NCBI GenBank assembly: GCA_965215195.1
Contig: CBDCDC010000002.1
Coordinates: 4,000,001 to 4,064,000, forward strand
DNA: 64,000 bases
Source of the DNA: Candidatus Latescibacterota bacterium
GTDB lineage: Bacteria > Latescibacterota > UBA2968 > UBA8231
Direction: 5' to 3'
Made by a program: the position numbers and the translations under genes. The notes beneath the pieces are model-generated. The model did not search any database. It was not told the DNA's origin and worked only from the letters and a program-made list of their open reading frames with translations. Shown in pieces: positions 30,872 to 40,503 of the stretch (positions within the stretch are counted from its first letter, which is position 1; every line of letters begins with the position of its first letter).

Positions 30872-30992
30872 TAACTCTTGTAAATACAAACATATCTGGC
30901 ATCCGCGTCATAGTTTACCTAAGTGTTTAACTAAACCGTATTGACCCTAAGAGGACATTCCTTTTTCGTCTTGCTGCCATGCCAGCGCGGCC

Positions 30993-31157
30993 TTACTTGG
31001 CCAATCCCCGCTCGACCTTCCGCTCAAAATCGCGCATTTCATCCGCCCCGTCTAACACGCCGATTTCCATATTGAACTCGCGCACCTCGCCCGGTTCGAC
31101 GTACTGCAAGGTCCCGTGCTGGCGGTTCCAAGCGCGACCCAGTACCGAAAAGTTGCC
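30993..31157 (-). pseudogene. C-terminal remnant of aldose 1-epimerase-like (DUF4432) gene
   Basis: Minus frame reads GNFSVLGRAWNRQHGTLQYVEPGEVREFNMEIGVLDGADE...LAK*. Confidence 0.55.
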
Positions 31158-31323
31158 TTGTGGGTATGGGGAGCATAGTTTTAATCTCTTCGGGTTGAAT
31201 TTCTCGCCGCTTGCGGCGTAGGCCGTTAAATAGTTCCCGCTAATACCCCGCTGCTTGTAGGGGGGAAGTTTATTTCAGCCTTCTTAGCTGTTGACGGCCA
31301 GTTTGAACGTTCACGGAGAGGCT

Positions 31324-32856
31324 ATGAACCAACAATACCTATCTTTCATCGCGCATTGCGCCGTGGCTTGGTTCCTTTGCACAAGCCCCGTCTTGGCGCA
31401 AATAGATGTGGATGTTGTTTCCGCAAGCATCGTGCGGGTGCGCGCTTATGACGATCACAAAGTCGCGGTTGAAGGGAGCGGGTTCGTCGTCAATGAAAAG
31501 GGCTACGTGTTGACGAATGCCCATCTCCTAGACAAGGCAGAGGGCTTGACCGTTTTGTCCCTGAAGACTGGGGCCGAGGTCGTGGCGCAGCGGGTGTTTG
31601 CCCGTCGCGCCATGAACTTGGCCCTGTTGCACGTACAGGGCTTGAACTTGCCGCCCCTCAGCTTATCCGAGCAAGGAGCCGCTGTCGGCCGGGCCGTGCA
31701 GACGCTGCGGTTCGAGGCTGCGGGAGATGTTCGTCTCTCTCACGGGACGATTGGCACGTACCAAGACATCCGCGGCAAAAAAGCAAGCCGTCCGGTGGCC
31801 CACCTGCTCCAACACAATGCCTTGATAACGGCCAAATCCTTTGGCATGCCCCTGTTCAACGAATGCGGGGACGTCGTCGCCATCAACCTGCCCAATCCGG
31901 GCAGCGGCTCGTGGCCGTTTCGGAAAGTGAAACCGAGAGGAACCATTTTTGCCTTGCGCAGCGGCGACATAATAGCGGCGCTCAAAGACCGAGAAATCGC
32001 CCATACCGTGGTTGAAGCAGAATGCCTGAGTGCGGTTGAGCGCGCTGAACGCGATAGAAAAGCGGCCGCCGATAGCCTCAAGGTGGCTAAAGCAAAAGCC
32101 GACTCGGCAAGCAAAGCCGCAGAAAAGGCCAAGGCCAAAGAGAAGGTCGCTCGGCGGGCGGCAGAACGGGCGAAAGCGCGGGCCGATTCCGCAGAGAAAG
32201 TGACCGCCGATAGCCTGAAGATGGCGAAAGCGCGGGCCGATTCCGCGAGTAAGGCGGCCAAAGCCAAAGCCGACAGCCTCAAAGCAGCAGAAGTGCAGGC
32301 GCAAGCCAAAGCCGACAGCCTCAAAGCGGCCAAAGAAAAGGCCGCGCAGCGATTGCAGTGGGGCCTTGCTGCCGGGGCGGGACTGGTGCTGCTCGCCCTC
32401 CTCGGTTGGTGGCTTTCTTCGCGGCGGAAAAAGGAGCAATTACAGAGCGCTGAGTCCCGAGTGAGTGAAGCCGAACAAACGGCTGAAGCCGCGCGCCAAG
32501 CCGCGGCGAGCGCACCGCAGCCCGCGCCTTTCAGGTGTCTATTGGAAGGCCAAGATAGCACCGGCCGGCCATTCGCCTTGACCCTATCGGCCTTGGCCTT
32601 GGGGGATCGAACCGGTGTGACGCTCGGCAGAAGCCCGGCCAACGCCGAATTTATCATTGACCACGAACAAGTCTCCCGCGAACACGTCCGGCTCGCGTGT
32701 GCTGACGGCCAACTCTACGCAGAGGATTTGAATGCTCTGAATGGGACCAAGGTGAACGGCCGCCTGCTCAACCCCGGCGAACAGGTGCTGTTGCAAAACA
32801 ATGATCGGCTTGAGATCGGGCCGGTCGCTTTTGCCGTGCGTTTGGTGCAGGAGTGA
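31324..32856 (+). CDS. Exported trypsin-like domain (degenerate triad) - coiled coil - TM - FHA protein
   Basis: Signal peptide, GSGF, LTNAH; Asp site reads MNLALL and Ser site AKSFGMP; ADSLK repeats; FHA GRS..VSREH..DLNALNGT. Confidence 0.88.
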   Translation: MNQQYLSFIAHCAVAWFLCTSPVLAQIDVDVVSASIVRVRAYDDHKVAVEGSGFVVNEKGYVLTNAHLLDKAEGLTVLSLKTGAEVVAQRVFARRAMNLALLHVQGLNLPPLSLSEQGAAVGRAVQTLRFEAAGDVRLSHGTIGTYQDIRGKKASRPVAHLLQHNALITAKSFGMPLFNECGDVVAINLPNPGSGSWPFRKVKPRGTIFALRSGDIIAALKDREIAHTVVEAECLSAVERAERDRKAAADSLKVAKAKADSASKAAEKAKAKEKVARRAAERAKARADSAEKVTADSLKMAKARADSASKAAKAKADSLKAAEVQAQAKADSLKAAKEKAAQRLQWGLAAGAGLVLLALLGWWLSSRRKKEQLQSAESRVSEAEQTAEAARQAAASAPQPAPFRCLLEGQDSTGRPFALTLSALALGDRTGVTLGRSPANAEFIIDHEQVSREHVRLACADGQLYAEDLNALNGTKVNGRLLNPGEQVLLQNNDRLEIGPVAFAVRLVQE

Positions 32857-32859
32857 ACA

Positions 32860-34188
32860 TTGCACCGCTTCAGACGCTGGCATCGCGTCTTTTTTCTACT
32901 CGCGCTTCTGCTGCCGGGCCGCGCCGTTGCCGCGCCAGACTTTGACGCGCTTGAGCGGAGCGTGGTACGCATTGTAACCCAGACCAGCCAAGGACCTAAT
33001 GCGGGCACTGGATTCGCCATAAACGACCAAGGCTATATTGCGACCAATGCCCACGTCATCGCCCACGCCCACTCGATCCAAGCCATCCCAACCAACTCCA
33101 ACGCGCTATACGAGGTGGAAGTAATCGCCACGTCCCCAGAATTCGACCTCGCAATCGCCCATATCCCCGACATAACCCTGCCTCCGATTGCGCTGTCGCT
33201 CGCACCGGCCACAAAAGGCCAGAAGGTATGGTCCATAGGCTATCCCGGTGGGGCTGACCGCAACAGACCGGCGCACGATCCGACCGTGCAAGACGGCGTC
33301 ATTGGGCGGATTTTTTCGGGCGCGTGGCACGCGCAAGAACTCAGGATTATTCAGCACAATGCGCCGACCAATCCGGGCAACAGCGGCGGCCCCTTACTAG
33401 ATGATTGTAGCCGGGCCGTCGGCGTCAATACGCAGGCGTCGCTCGTGGTCATTATCAGTCCATCGAGTGGGGTGACGCGGGTGCCCCATGCGGCGGGCAT
33501 TTACTGGTCTTCGCATATCGAGGAGTTGACAACTCTGTTGGACGACCACGGCATTGCTTTTCAATCAGAGAGCGACGATTGTGTAGCGGCTGGCGGCACG
33601 GGAGGTTCTGGCACGGCGGAAAAGGCGCAGCGCGAGGCGGAGAAGGCGCGGCGCGAGGCCGAACAAGCGCGGGTGCAAGCCGAAGAAGCGAGCGATCAAT
33701 TTTTCATCTACCTACTCTTGTTGGGCGGTGTGGCTTTGGTCGCCTTGGTCGTTGCCTTAAAGAAGCCGCGCCAGTTCGCCCAGCAGACCTTGGCGAAGCC
33801 GCGCCAACTCGTCCAACAGATAAGTCGGCGCGTAGGGGTAGGGGCCGTTGCCAAAGGCCCAAGGCACGGCATCGTGCTAGCTGGTTTTGACGGTCGCGGC
33901 CACCGCGTCTGCATTGAGTTGTCGCCGGCCCGATTTGCTGGTCAACGCTTGGGGCTTTCGCTCGGCCGGCATCCCGAGTTGGTCGATGAAGTCGTCGCCG
34001 ATGGAAACGTATCCCGCCGGCATCTGCGCATTGTCGCCCAAGGCAATCGATTGTATGTCGAAGATTTGAACTCCAGCAATGGGACGTTTTTGAACGAGCA
34101 ACGCCTGTCGCCCTTTAAGCCGGCGCGATTGGAATATGGTGCCAAAGTCGCGCTGGGCGATTTGGTGCTCATGGCCTCCAAACTTTAG
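32860..34188 (+). CDS. Exported trypsin-like serine protease - TM - FHA protein
   Basis: GTGF, TNAHV, FDLA, PGNSGGPL intact; TM; FHA GRH..VSRRH..DLNSSNGT. Confidence 0.9.
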   Translation: MHRFRRWHRVFFLLALLLPGRAVAAPDFDALERSVVRIVTQTSQGPNAGTGFAINDQGYIATNAHVIAHAHSIQAIPTNSNALYEVEVIATSPEFDLAIAHIPDITLPPIALSLAPATKGQKVWSIGYPGGADRNRPAHDPTVQDGVIGRIFSGAWHAQELRIIQHNAPTNPGNSGGPLLDDCSRAVGVNTQASLVVIISPSSGVTRVPHAAGIYWSSHIEELTTLLDDHGIAFQSESDDCVAAGGTGGSGTAEKAQREAEKARREAEQARVQAEEASDQFFIYLLLLGGVALVALVVALKKPRQFAQQTLAKPRQLVQQISRRVGVGAVAKGPRHGIVLAGFDGRGHRVCIELSPARFAGQRLGLSLGRHPELVDEVVADGNVSRRHLRIVAQGNRLYVEDLNSSNGTFLNEQRLSPFKPARLEYGAKVALGDLVLMASKL

Positions 34189-34200
34189 AAGGTATCGGGC

Positions 34201-35154
34201 ATGAAGAAACGCAGCCGCGAGCTCAACATCTTTAGTATGTCTGCGCTTGATCTGTTCGCATCGGCTCTCGGTGCTTTCATACTCATTACCATGGTGCTGC
34301 TGCCCTTTTTCCCGAATCTGAACTTGTCGGGACAGGAAAAGGCCGAGTTGGCGCAGGCGCAGGCCGAGTTGGCGAAGTCGAAGGCCGAGTTGGCGCAAGC
34401 GGAGGCCGAGTTGGAGCGAGAGAAAGCCAAGCTAAGACAGGAAAAAGCCAAACTAGAGCGGGCCAAGGCCAAAGTTCCGAAAACAGAAAATCCGCTTGCA
34501 AAACGAGTGGAGGCTTTGCAACAGGAGCTGAAGCAGGCAAAGGCCGAAGCGGCGAAAGCAAAAGGTCAGCTTGCAAAACGGGTGGAGGCTTTGCAACAGG
34601 AGATAGATGACACAACCGTTTTATTGGGCATTAAGACGAAGGCGAGAAAGTTCGCGTTCGTCATAGATATGTCGGGCAGTATTTATCAGCCTGGAAAGCA
34701 AGATTATCGCCAGTTCATATTATTGGCCATACAAGACATGCTTGCTGCTTTTAAGGCGGAAATAGAGGTCTGTCTCATTGGTTTTCAAGGCTCGAATCGG
34801 CTGCACTATTGGCCTCAAAATAGAGGGTACTTTCAAGTAAAAAGGAATACGCGAGATCGCGTCGTAGGACAGGTAAACGACTGGATGAGATTAGTGGATG
34901 GCGACACGCCCACACGCGCTGCGTTGCTGGCGGCGATTGCACTGCACCCCGAAGAAATCGTCCTGTTGAGCGATGGGGCCCCCTCTGAAGATTGGCGCAT
35001 GGTCGTGCAGGCTGTAACGGCTGAAAATAGGCGGAAAATACCCATACACGCCGTAGCCGTTGGCAATTACGTGACAGACCGGAAATTTATTGATTTTCTA
35101 GTGCAGCTAACCGAACAAAACAACGGCTATCTCATAGGTGCTAAGCCGGGTTGA
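34201..35154 (+). CDS. Membrane-anchored coiled-coil vWA-domain protein
   Basis: ExbD/MotB-like TM with Asp (SMSALDLFASALGAFI), coiled coil, MIDAS DMSGS, TP, LLSDGAP. Confidence 0.85.
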   Translation: MKKRSRELNIFSMSALDLFASALGAFILITMVLLPFFPNLNLSGQEKAELAQAQAELAKSKAELAQAEAELEREKAKLRQEKAKLERAKAKVPKTENPLAKRVEALQQELKQAKAEAAKAKGQLAKRVEALQQEIDDTTVLLGIKTKARKFAFVIDMSGSIYQPGKQDYRQFILLAIQDMLAAFKAEIEVCLIGFQGSNRLHYWPQNRGYFQVKRNTRDRVVGQVNDWMRLVDGDTPTRAALLAAIALHPEEIVLLSDGAPSEDWRMVVQAVTAENRRKIPIHAVAVGNYVTDRKFIDFLVQLTEQNNGYLIGAKPG

Positions 35155-35155
35155 C

Positions 35156-35539
35156 ATGAACAAATCGAGGTTTTCAGTGTATCGAATTGGGCGCAGTCCC
35201 GGCGTAGATATTCAAATTGACGATGATTCGGTCTCTCGCGTCCACGCCGAGTTGATTGCGACGCCAAGCGGCTCGTACTACCTCACGGATTGCGCCAGCA
35301 GCGGGGGTACTTATGTTGCGCGAAATGGTGAGTGGAGACGCATCCGGCAAGAATTTATCAGCCCGACCGACGCGATTTTACTCGGGCATTATCAGACGAC
35401 CGCATCCGCACTCATCGCGCTGGCCGCGCAAGAGGAGCGCCATTTAGGAGGCGGCAAACCTACGCGGCAGGACAGCTTGCCCGTAGGTCCAGTGCGGCGC
35501 AACGTAGATACAGGTGAGATCATTAGCGAGGAGGATTGA
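35156..35539 (+). CDS. FHA-domain protein
   Basis: IGRSPGVDIQIDDDSVSRVHAEL..LTDCASSGGT. Confidence 0.88.
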   Translation: MNKSRFSVYRIGRSPGVDIQIDDDSVSRVHAELIATPSGSYYLTDCASSGGTYVARNGEWRRIRQEFISPTDAILLGHYQTTASALIALAAQEERHLGGGKPTRQDSLPVGPVRRNVDTGEIISEED

Positions 35540-35540
35540 C

Positions 35541-36326
35541 ATGGCAAACGGGCAAGGGATAGAGCTGGAGCAACGTCTAAAAGCAAGCGTCATCAGCCTG
35601 TTAGGAGGCGTCATATCCATCGCGATTATGAGCCTTATTTTTGATCACCCCGATTCTGCGGTCGGTGCTTTTCTGTTGGATCGCCACACCGAGAATTTCC
35701 CGTATCCGTTTACAATCCAAAACGTCATGTGGCTGATGTTTTGGGTCGGCTGCGGTGAACTCTGGGTGCGGTTTAACCAAGCCCAGCTCGAAATGGAGCA
35801 GGTGGCGAAACGCTATCTGCCGGAAGACGATGAAGTTATGTTGCGGGCGCGGGATTTGGGTTCTTTTTATCAAAAGGTGCGGCCCATGGCCGAGGAGCGC
35901 CCCTTCTATTTACAGCGTCTGATCATGCGCTGTATTCTACAGTTTCAGGGGAGCCACTCCGTCAATCAAGCCAACTCGCTATTGAATTCATCCCTCGAAT
36001 TATTCCAGCACGAGCTCGAACTCAAATACGCGATGTTGCGCTATCTCGTGTGGCTGATCCCAACGCTGGGTTTTATTGGCACGGTGGTGGGTATTGCGTT
36101 TGCGTTGGATTATGCCGCCAACATTGAAGATCCACAGGACCCGACCTTGCTGGCGGAAATCACCGGTCGGCTGGGCGTCGCGTTTTACACGACTTTGCTG
36201 GCGTTGGTCCAGTCGGCCCTGCTGGTGTTTGCGCTGCACATTGCACAAAGCCGCGAAGAGATGGCCTTGAACCAATCCGGCCAGTACTGTTTGGACAACT
36301 TAATCAACCGGCTTTATGAGAAGTAA
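35541..36326 (+). CDS. MotA/TolQ/ExbB proton-channel family protein
   Basis: WLIPTLGFIGTVVGI, LGVAFYTTLLAL. Confidence 0.88.
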   Translation: MANGQGIELEQRLKASVISLLGGVISIAIMSLIFDHPDSAVGAFLLDRHTENFPYPFTIQNVMWLMFWVGCGELWVRFNQAQLEMEQVAKRYLPEDDEVMLRARDLGSFYQKVRPMAEERPFYLQRLIMRCILQFQGSHSVNQANSLLNSSLELFQHELELKYAMLRYLVWLIPTLGFIGTVVGIAFALDYAANIEDPQDPTLLAEITGRLGVAFYTTLLALVQSALLVFALHIAQSREEMALNQSGQYCLDNLINRLYEK

Positions 36327-36379
36327 GTTGCAGGTGTGACGCCTGCGCGGCCGGAACAACCTAAAGATAGGAGGGCACC

Positions 36380-37021
36380 ATGCCTGTTTATCGCGGACCC
36401 GATGGCAAAGTCATTGAAGAGAAGACCGATAAGCGGAGCGAGGATACCAAACCACCGGGCGTGGCCAACAGGCCGTTGCCGCCGGCACCACAGGACGGCG
36501 AGCAACCCGCCGGTGGTGGGCGTTTAGAGGCACCCACCCAGCGAATGGGCGAAAGTGTCGGCGAGGAGGAGCGGACGCGCTTGGTGGGTGGGTGGCCGCG
36601 GCAAGAAGACAAGGAACGCCGGCAAGAGCGTACCGCAGAGGACCGCGGCATGGACGATCCGGTTGTGGGGTGGTTGGTGGTTGTGGAGGGGCCGGGAAAG
36701 GGGCGGGCCGTGCAATTGGGTTATGGTTCCAATTCGCTTGGACGCGGGGCAACCAACCGCGTCAAACTCGATTTCGGCGACGATCAGATTTCGCGCAATG
36801 GTCATGCGGTTGTCACGTATGATCCGCGGTCGCGGGGCCGAAAGTTTTACGTACAGCACGGCGGCGGCACCAACCTGACGTATCTCGGAGATCAGCCCGT
36901 GCTCGCGCCGGCTGAGTTGCCGGCCCTGAGTCACATCTGTATCGGCCATACGGTTCTCCGGTTCGTGCCCCTGTGCGGTGCTGAGTTTGAATGGCAGGAT
37001 ACAGAAGCAAGCGAGGCGTGA
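36380..37021 (+). CDS. FHA-domain protein with disordered Thr-containing N-terminus
   Basis: PVVGWLVVVEGPGKG, LGRG, ISRNGHA, GTNLTY, RFVPLCG. Confidence 0.85.
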   Translation: MPVYRGPDGKVIEEKTDKRSEDTKPPGVANRPLPPAPQDGEQPAGGGRLEAPTQRMGESVGEEERTRLVGGWPRQEDKERRQERTAEDRGMDDPVVGWLVVVEGPGKGRAVQLGYGSNSLGRGATNRVKLDFGDDQISRNGHAVVTYDPRSRGRKFYVQHGGGTNLTYLGDQPVLAPAELPALSHICIGHTVLRFVPLCGAEFEWQDTEASEA

Positions 37022-38130
37022 TGAACGAATTAGACGGGTGCTTTGCCGCGCGGCAAATTCCCGGCCAACGGGAGTATCAAGAGGATGATTACGGCCTGCT
37101 CGATGGGCGCGACCTCGGCATAGATGGTAGCGAGCACACCATGTTGTTGGTCGCCGATGGCATGGGCGGCCACGTGGGCGGCGCGACGGCTAGTGGCCTG
37201 TTGAGCAAGACCGTTGTCGAGGCGTATCCGCAGGCGTCTGGCCCCATCGTCGATCGGCTGCGGGAGTGTCTCGAAGCGGCCAATGAAGCCATCGCCGCTG
37301 CCATTGCCGAAAATCCCGCACTCGCCAGCATGGGTTCGACCTTGGTTGCGGCGGTTGTTTCGAGCGAAGGGCTGAACTGGATCAGCGTGGGCGACTCGCC
37401 ATTGTGGTTGTTCCGCGAGGGTCAATTGGAGCGGTTGAATGCCGACCACTCGATGGCACCAGTTCTGGCGGATCTGGTGGCCACCGGGCGCATGACCGCA
37501 GAGGAAGCGGCTCAGGATCCAAGTCGGCATTCGCTGCGCTCGGCGGTCATGGGCGATGCCATCCATCTGATTGACGTGTCGTCGCAGCCGGTTGCTGTGC
37601 AGAAGGGCGACCGGGTACTCTTGGCGAGCGATGGTTTGATGACCCTCAGCGATCAAGCGATCGCAGCTATCCTCAAAGAAACGCAAGACGCGCCCTTGGA
37701 GGATAGCGCGGCGGCCCTTATCCAAGCCGTAGAAGCGGCCGAACATCCTCATCAGGACAATACGACCGTTTTGTTGTACGCGCCGGCTGCGGCTGCTCTT
37801 GGCGGGGGGGAAGCTGTTCAGGGTAAGCCGCGATTAAAACGAAAACCTTGGGGCAGACTGTTGGGAATGTTGCTATGCGTTGCTGTCTTATGGGGGGTGC
37901 TTTATTGGCTTAGGCAGGGTGAAGATGTGGCTGTTGAGATGACGCCGGCAACTGTTGAGACGCCAGCGACAACGGATGTTGAACCCATTGAAGGCTCTGA
38001 TGTTCAAGTGCCAATGGCATCCGACGCCGAAGAGGGCGTACCGGCCTCTCAGGAGAAGGCGACAGGGGACAGCGCCCGTGCGGGGGTAGGCAACGAGCCG
38101 CAAGAAGAGCGTGTGGGCGGTGAGCGGTGA
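37021..38130 (+). CDS. PP2C-family Ser/Thr phosphatase with TM
   Basis: REYQED, VADGMGGH, MGST, VGDS, DHS, LASDGL, DNTT; TM near C-terminus. Confidence 0.93.
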   Translation: MNELDGCFAARQIPGQREYQEDDYGLLDGRDLGIDGSEHTMLLVADGMGGHVGGATASGLLSKTVVEAYPQASGPIVDRLRECLEAANEAIAAAIAENPALASMGSTLVAAVVSSEGLNWISVGDSPLWLFREGQLERLNADHSMAPVLADLVATGRMTAEEAAQDPSRHSLRSAVMGDAIHLIDVSSQPVAVQKGDRVLLASDGLMTLSDQAIAAILKETQDAPLEDSAAALIQAVEAAEHPHQDNTTVLLYAPAAAALGGGEAVQGKPRLKRKPWGRLLGMLLCVAVLWGVLYWLRQGEDVAVEMTPATVETPATTDVEPIEGSDVQVPMASDAEEGVPASQEKATGDSARAGVGNEPQEERVGGER

Positions 38131-38262
38131 GCGGTGAGCGTGGATGCAGACACAGATACGGCCCTGAGAGCGTCTGCCTTAGAGTAAAGAGGCGTAAGTG
38201 GGGAACAACATTGCTTGGGAGGGAGAATTTCCCAAGGCCATACTAAACACAGGAGGAGAGGA

Positions 38263-38760
38263 ATGAATTTCTCATATAAGCGGCTTGCCGTAGCCTTGAG
38301 CGTGGTTGTTGCGGTCTTGGTTGGAGGCAAAATGTATGTTGATCATGTTGATCATGTCGAACAGGTGGCGTTGGAGAAGGAGGTACAGGTATTTGCTGCA
38401 AAGGTGGGGCGTTCGCCACGTCCGGATGGGGTGATCACTAGCACTAGGAGATCTCGCATCGAAGAAGCACAGGTGTCCGACCTGCATGTAGCAGCGCACC
38501 TGAACCTACCCGTGCTGACTATGTCCCTAATCAAGGGGGGGGCGGATGTCCATGCCAGAATCAGGCGGTCGGTGGATAACTTTGAAAGAGGGATGACGCC
38601 GCTGCACGCGGCGGTTCGAGAGGATGCTTCTGAGGTAGCGGCGGTGTTGCTTGAGCACGGGGCCGATGTCAACGCCAAAGACAGCTATGGCCATACGCCG
38701 CTACGCTATGCGAGTGTGAGCGTAGCCAAGGTTTTGCGTCGTTACGGTGGCCGAAGGTGA
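38263..38760 (+). CDS. Membrane-anchored ankyrin-repeat protein
   Basis: TM module SYKRLAVALSVVVAVLVGGKMYVDH; DLHVAAHLNLPVLT cap; GMTPLH repeats. Confidence 0.88.
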   Translation: MNFSYKRLAVALSVVVAVLVGGKMYVDHVDHVEQVALEKEVQVFAAKVGRSPRPDGVITSTRRSRIEEAQVSDLHVAAHLNLPVLTMSLIKGGADVHARIRRSVDNFERGMTPLHAAVREDASEVAAVLLEHGADVNAKDSYGHTPLRYASVSVAKVLRRYGGRR

Positions 38761-38793
38761 AATAAGCTGATTTTTGCAACAATTGGAGACGCT

Positions 38794-40455
38794 ATGAGCG
38801 AAGAGCAACAACCTCTCAACGCCTTGCCCCAAGGCCATCGGCTGCAAGAATACGAACTGGTGCGCGTGTTGGGCTTTGGCGGCTTTGGCATGACGTATCT
38901 GGGCTTTGACCACCACTTGGACAAAGCCGTCGCGATCAAGGAATACCTGCCATCGGACATTGCCACCCGCACGGCCGACCACAGCGTCGCCCCGCAAACC
39001 AGCGGCTTTGGCGGCGATTTCGAGTGGGGCTTGGAGCGGTTCTTGGACGAAGCGCGCACGTTGGCGCGATTTGACCATCTCCACATCGTTAAAGTCTATC
39101 GTTTCTTTGAAGCGCACGGTACGGCCTATATCGTGATGGAGTATGTCGAAGGGGAGACCTTGTCGGCGTATCTTGAGCGCAAAGGGACGCTGAGCGAAGC
39201 CGAACTCAAAGCGCTTCTATATCCGCTTCTGGACGGTTTGGAGGTGGTGCATAAAGCGGACTTTTTGCATCGGGACATCAAGCCGGGCAACATCGTCCTT
39301 CGAGACGCAGACCATTCGCCGGTGTTGCTGGACTTTGGGGCGGCGCGTCAGGCGATCGGGGCGAAGAGCCGCTCGGTTACGTCTATCGTGACACCGGGGT
39401 ATGCGCCGATTGAGCAGTATTCGAGTCGGGGGCATCAGGGAGCGTGGACGGACCTTTATGCGTTGGGGGGCGTGTGCTATCGGGCGTTGACTGGGGACGT
39501 ACCGGACGATGCGATGGATCGGGTGCGAAATGATCCGTTGGTTCCGGTGGCAAAGCGGTGTGCGGATCGGGCGAGTGGTGCATTTTTGTCAGCGATTGAT
39601 GCGGCATTGGCAGTGGATGAGGGGGATCGTCCGCAGAGTATTGGGGCTTGGCGGGCGGCGATGGAGGCGGATGCGGTCTCGCAGGACGAGCGGCACCCTT
39701 CGTTGGTAAAGCGGTATGCGGTTCGGGTAAGCCAAACGTTTCTTTCGGTGATTGATAAGACATTGACGCAAGGAAGGCAGGGCGCGAGCAGCGAGACCGC
39801 TGATGCGCCGCTAACTACTCAGTCAGCAGCCAAAGTTAAAGAGGCGAAGCGTTTGAACGGGTGGTTTAAGCTCCACTATATTTGCCTTGCTGCCATCATA
39901 CCGGTATTGACGGCACTATTTGTTGGCATTGCGGTGGTATTAGTCTCTTCAGAAGGCGAGCGTGTCCGCAAAGACCTGAGCCGTTTTTTAGAGTCGCAGA
40001 CGCTAGAGCCATATCTGAGTAGCGTATTCGGACTATTTAGCATCATAGTCGCGATTGTTGCGGCCGTATTCGGGTTGATTGCTTTTGTATCCGGGTTGCG
40101 TATCCTACATAAATTGTGGTCCCTCATCTCCGCTCACAAAGCAAAGACGACACCAAGCGAAGCCGTTGGATTTTTCTTTATACCGCTGTTCGGTTTCTAC
40201 TGGAACTTTATTGCAATTTACGGTCTCGCCAAAGCCCTCAATAGCGAAATCGGTCGAAAATCAGTCAGTGAGGCGGCCAGTTTTATCTATTGTTGCTCAT
40301 TTTTGCTTGGCCCTCTATGGGTGATAATGGGATGGCGAGAGGATCAGATTTGGATGCTCCTTATTGGATATATTGTTATGGTTGTGCTCTGGTTCGTCAT
40401 TCTGAGGCAAATGCAGAACGCTGGTATGTTCATTTTGCAATCGGATAAGGTGTAG
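38794..40455 (+). CDS. Ser/Thr kinase with multi-TM C-terminal domain
   Basis: Kinase domain closely paralogous to 21380; C-terminal lower-GC part with about 5 TM helices (AVGFFFIPLFGFYW). Confidence 0.92.
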   Translation: MSEEQQPLNALPQGHRLQEYELVRVLGFGGFGMTYLGFDHHLDKAVAIKEYLPSDIATRTADHSVAPQTSGFGGDFEWGLERFLDEARTLARFDHLHIVKVYRFFEAHGTAYIVMEYVEGETLSAYLERKGTLSEAELKALLYPLLDGLEVVHKADFLHRDIKPGNIVLRDADHSPVLLDFGAARQAIGAKSRSVTSIVTPGYAPIEQYSSRGHQGAWTDLYALGGVCYRALTGDVPDDAMDRVRNDPLVPVAKRCADRASGAFLSAIDAALAVDEGDRPQSIGAWRAAMEADAVSQDERHPSLVKRYAVRVSQTFLSVIDKTLTQGRQGASSETADAPLTTQSAAKVKEAKRLNGWFKLHYICLAAIIPVLTALFVGIAVVLVSSEGERVRKDLSRFLESQTLEPYLSSVFGLFSIIVAIVAAVFGLIAFVSGLRILHKLWSLISAHKAKTTPSEAVGFFFIPLFGFYWNFIAIYGLAKALNSEIGRKSVSEAASFIYCCSFLLGPLWVIMGWREDQIWMLLIGYIVMVVLWFVILRQMQNAGMFILQSDKV

Positions 40456-40503
40456 TTACTAACTTTCTCGTTTTTTCTCTTTTTTTATAAGGAGCAATGA
40501 GCT

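Noticed and set aside
38120-38140. GTGAGCG x3 microrepeat at the PP2C stop
   Set aside because: Short and without evident consequence
31324-40455. FHA/PP2C/kinase/vWA genes as a type VI secretion locus
   Set aside because: No hcp, vgrG, tssB/C, tssM or clpV in the window
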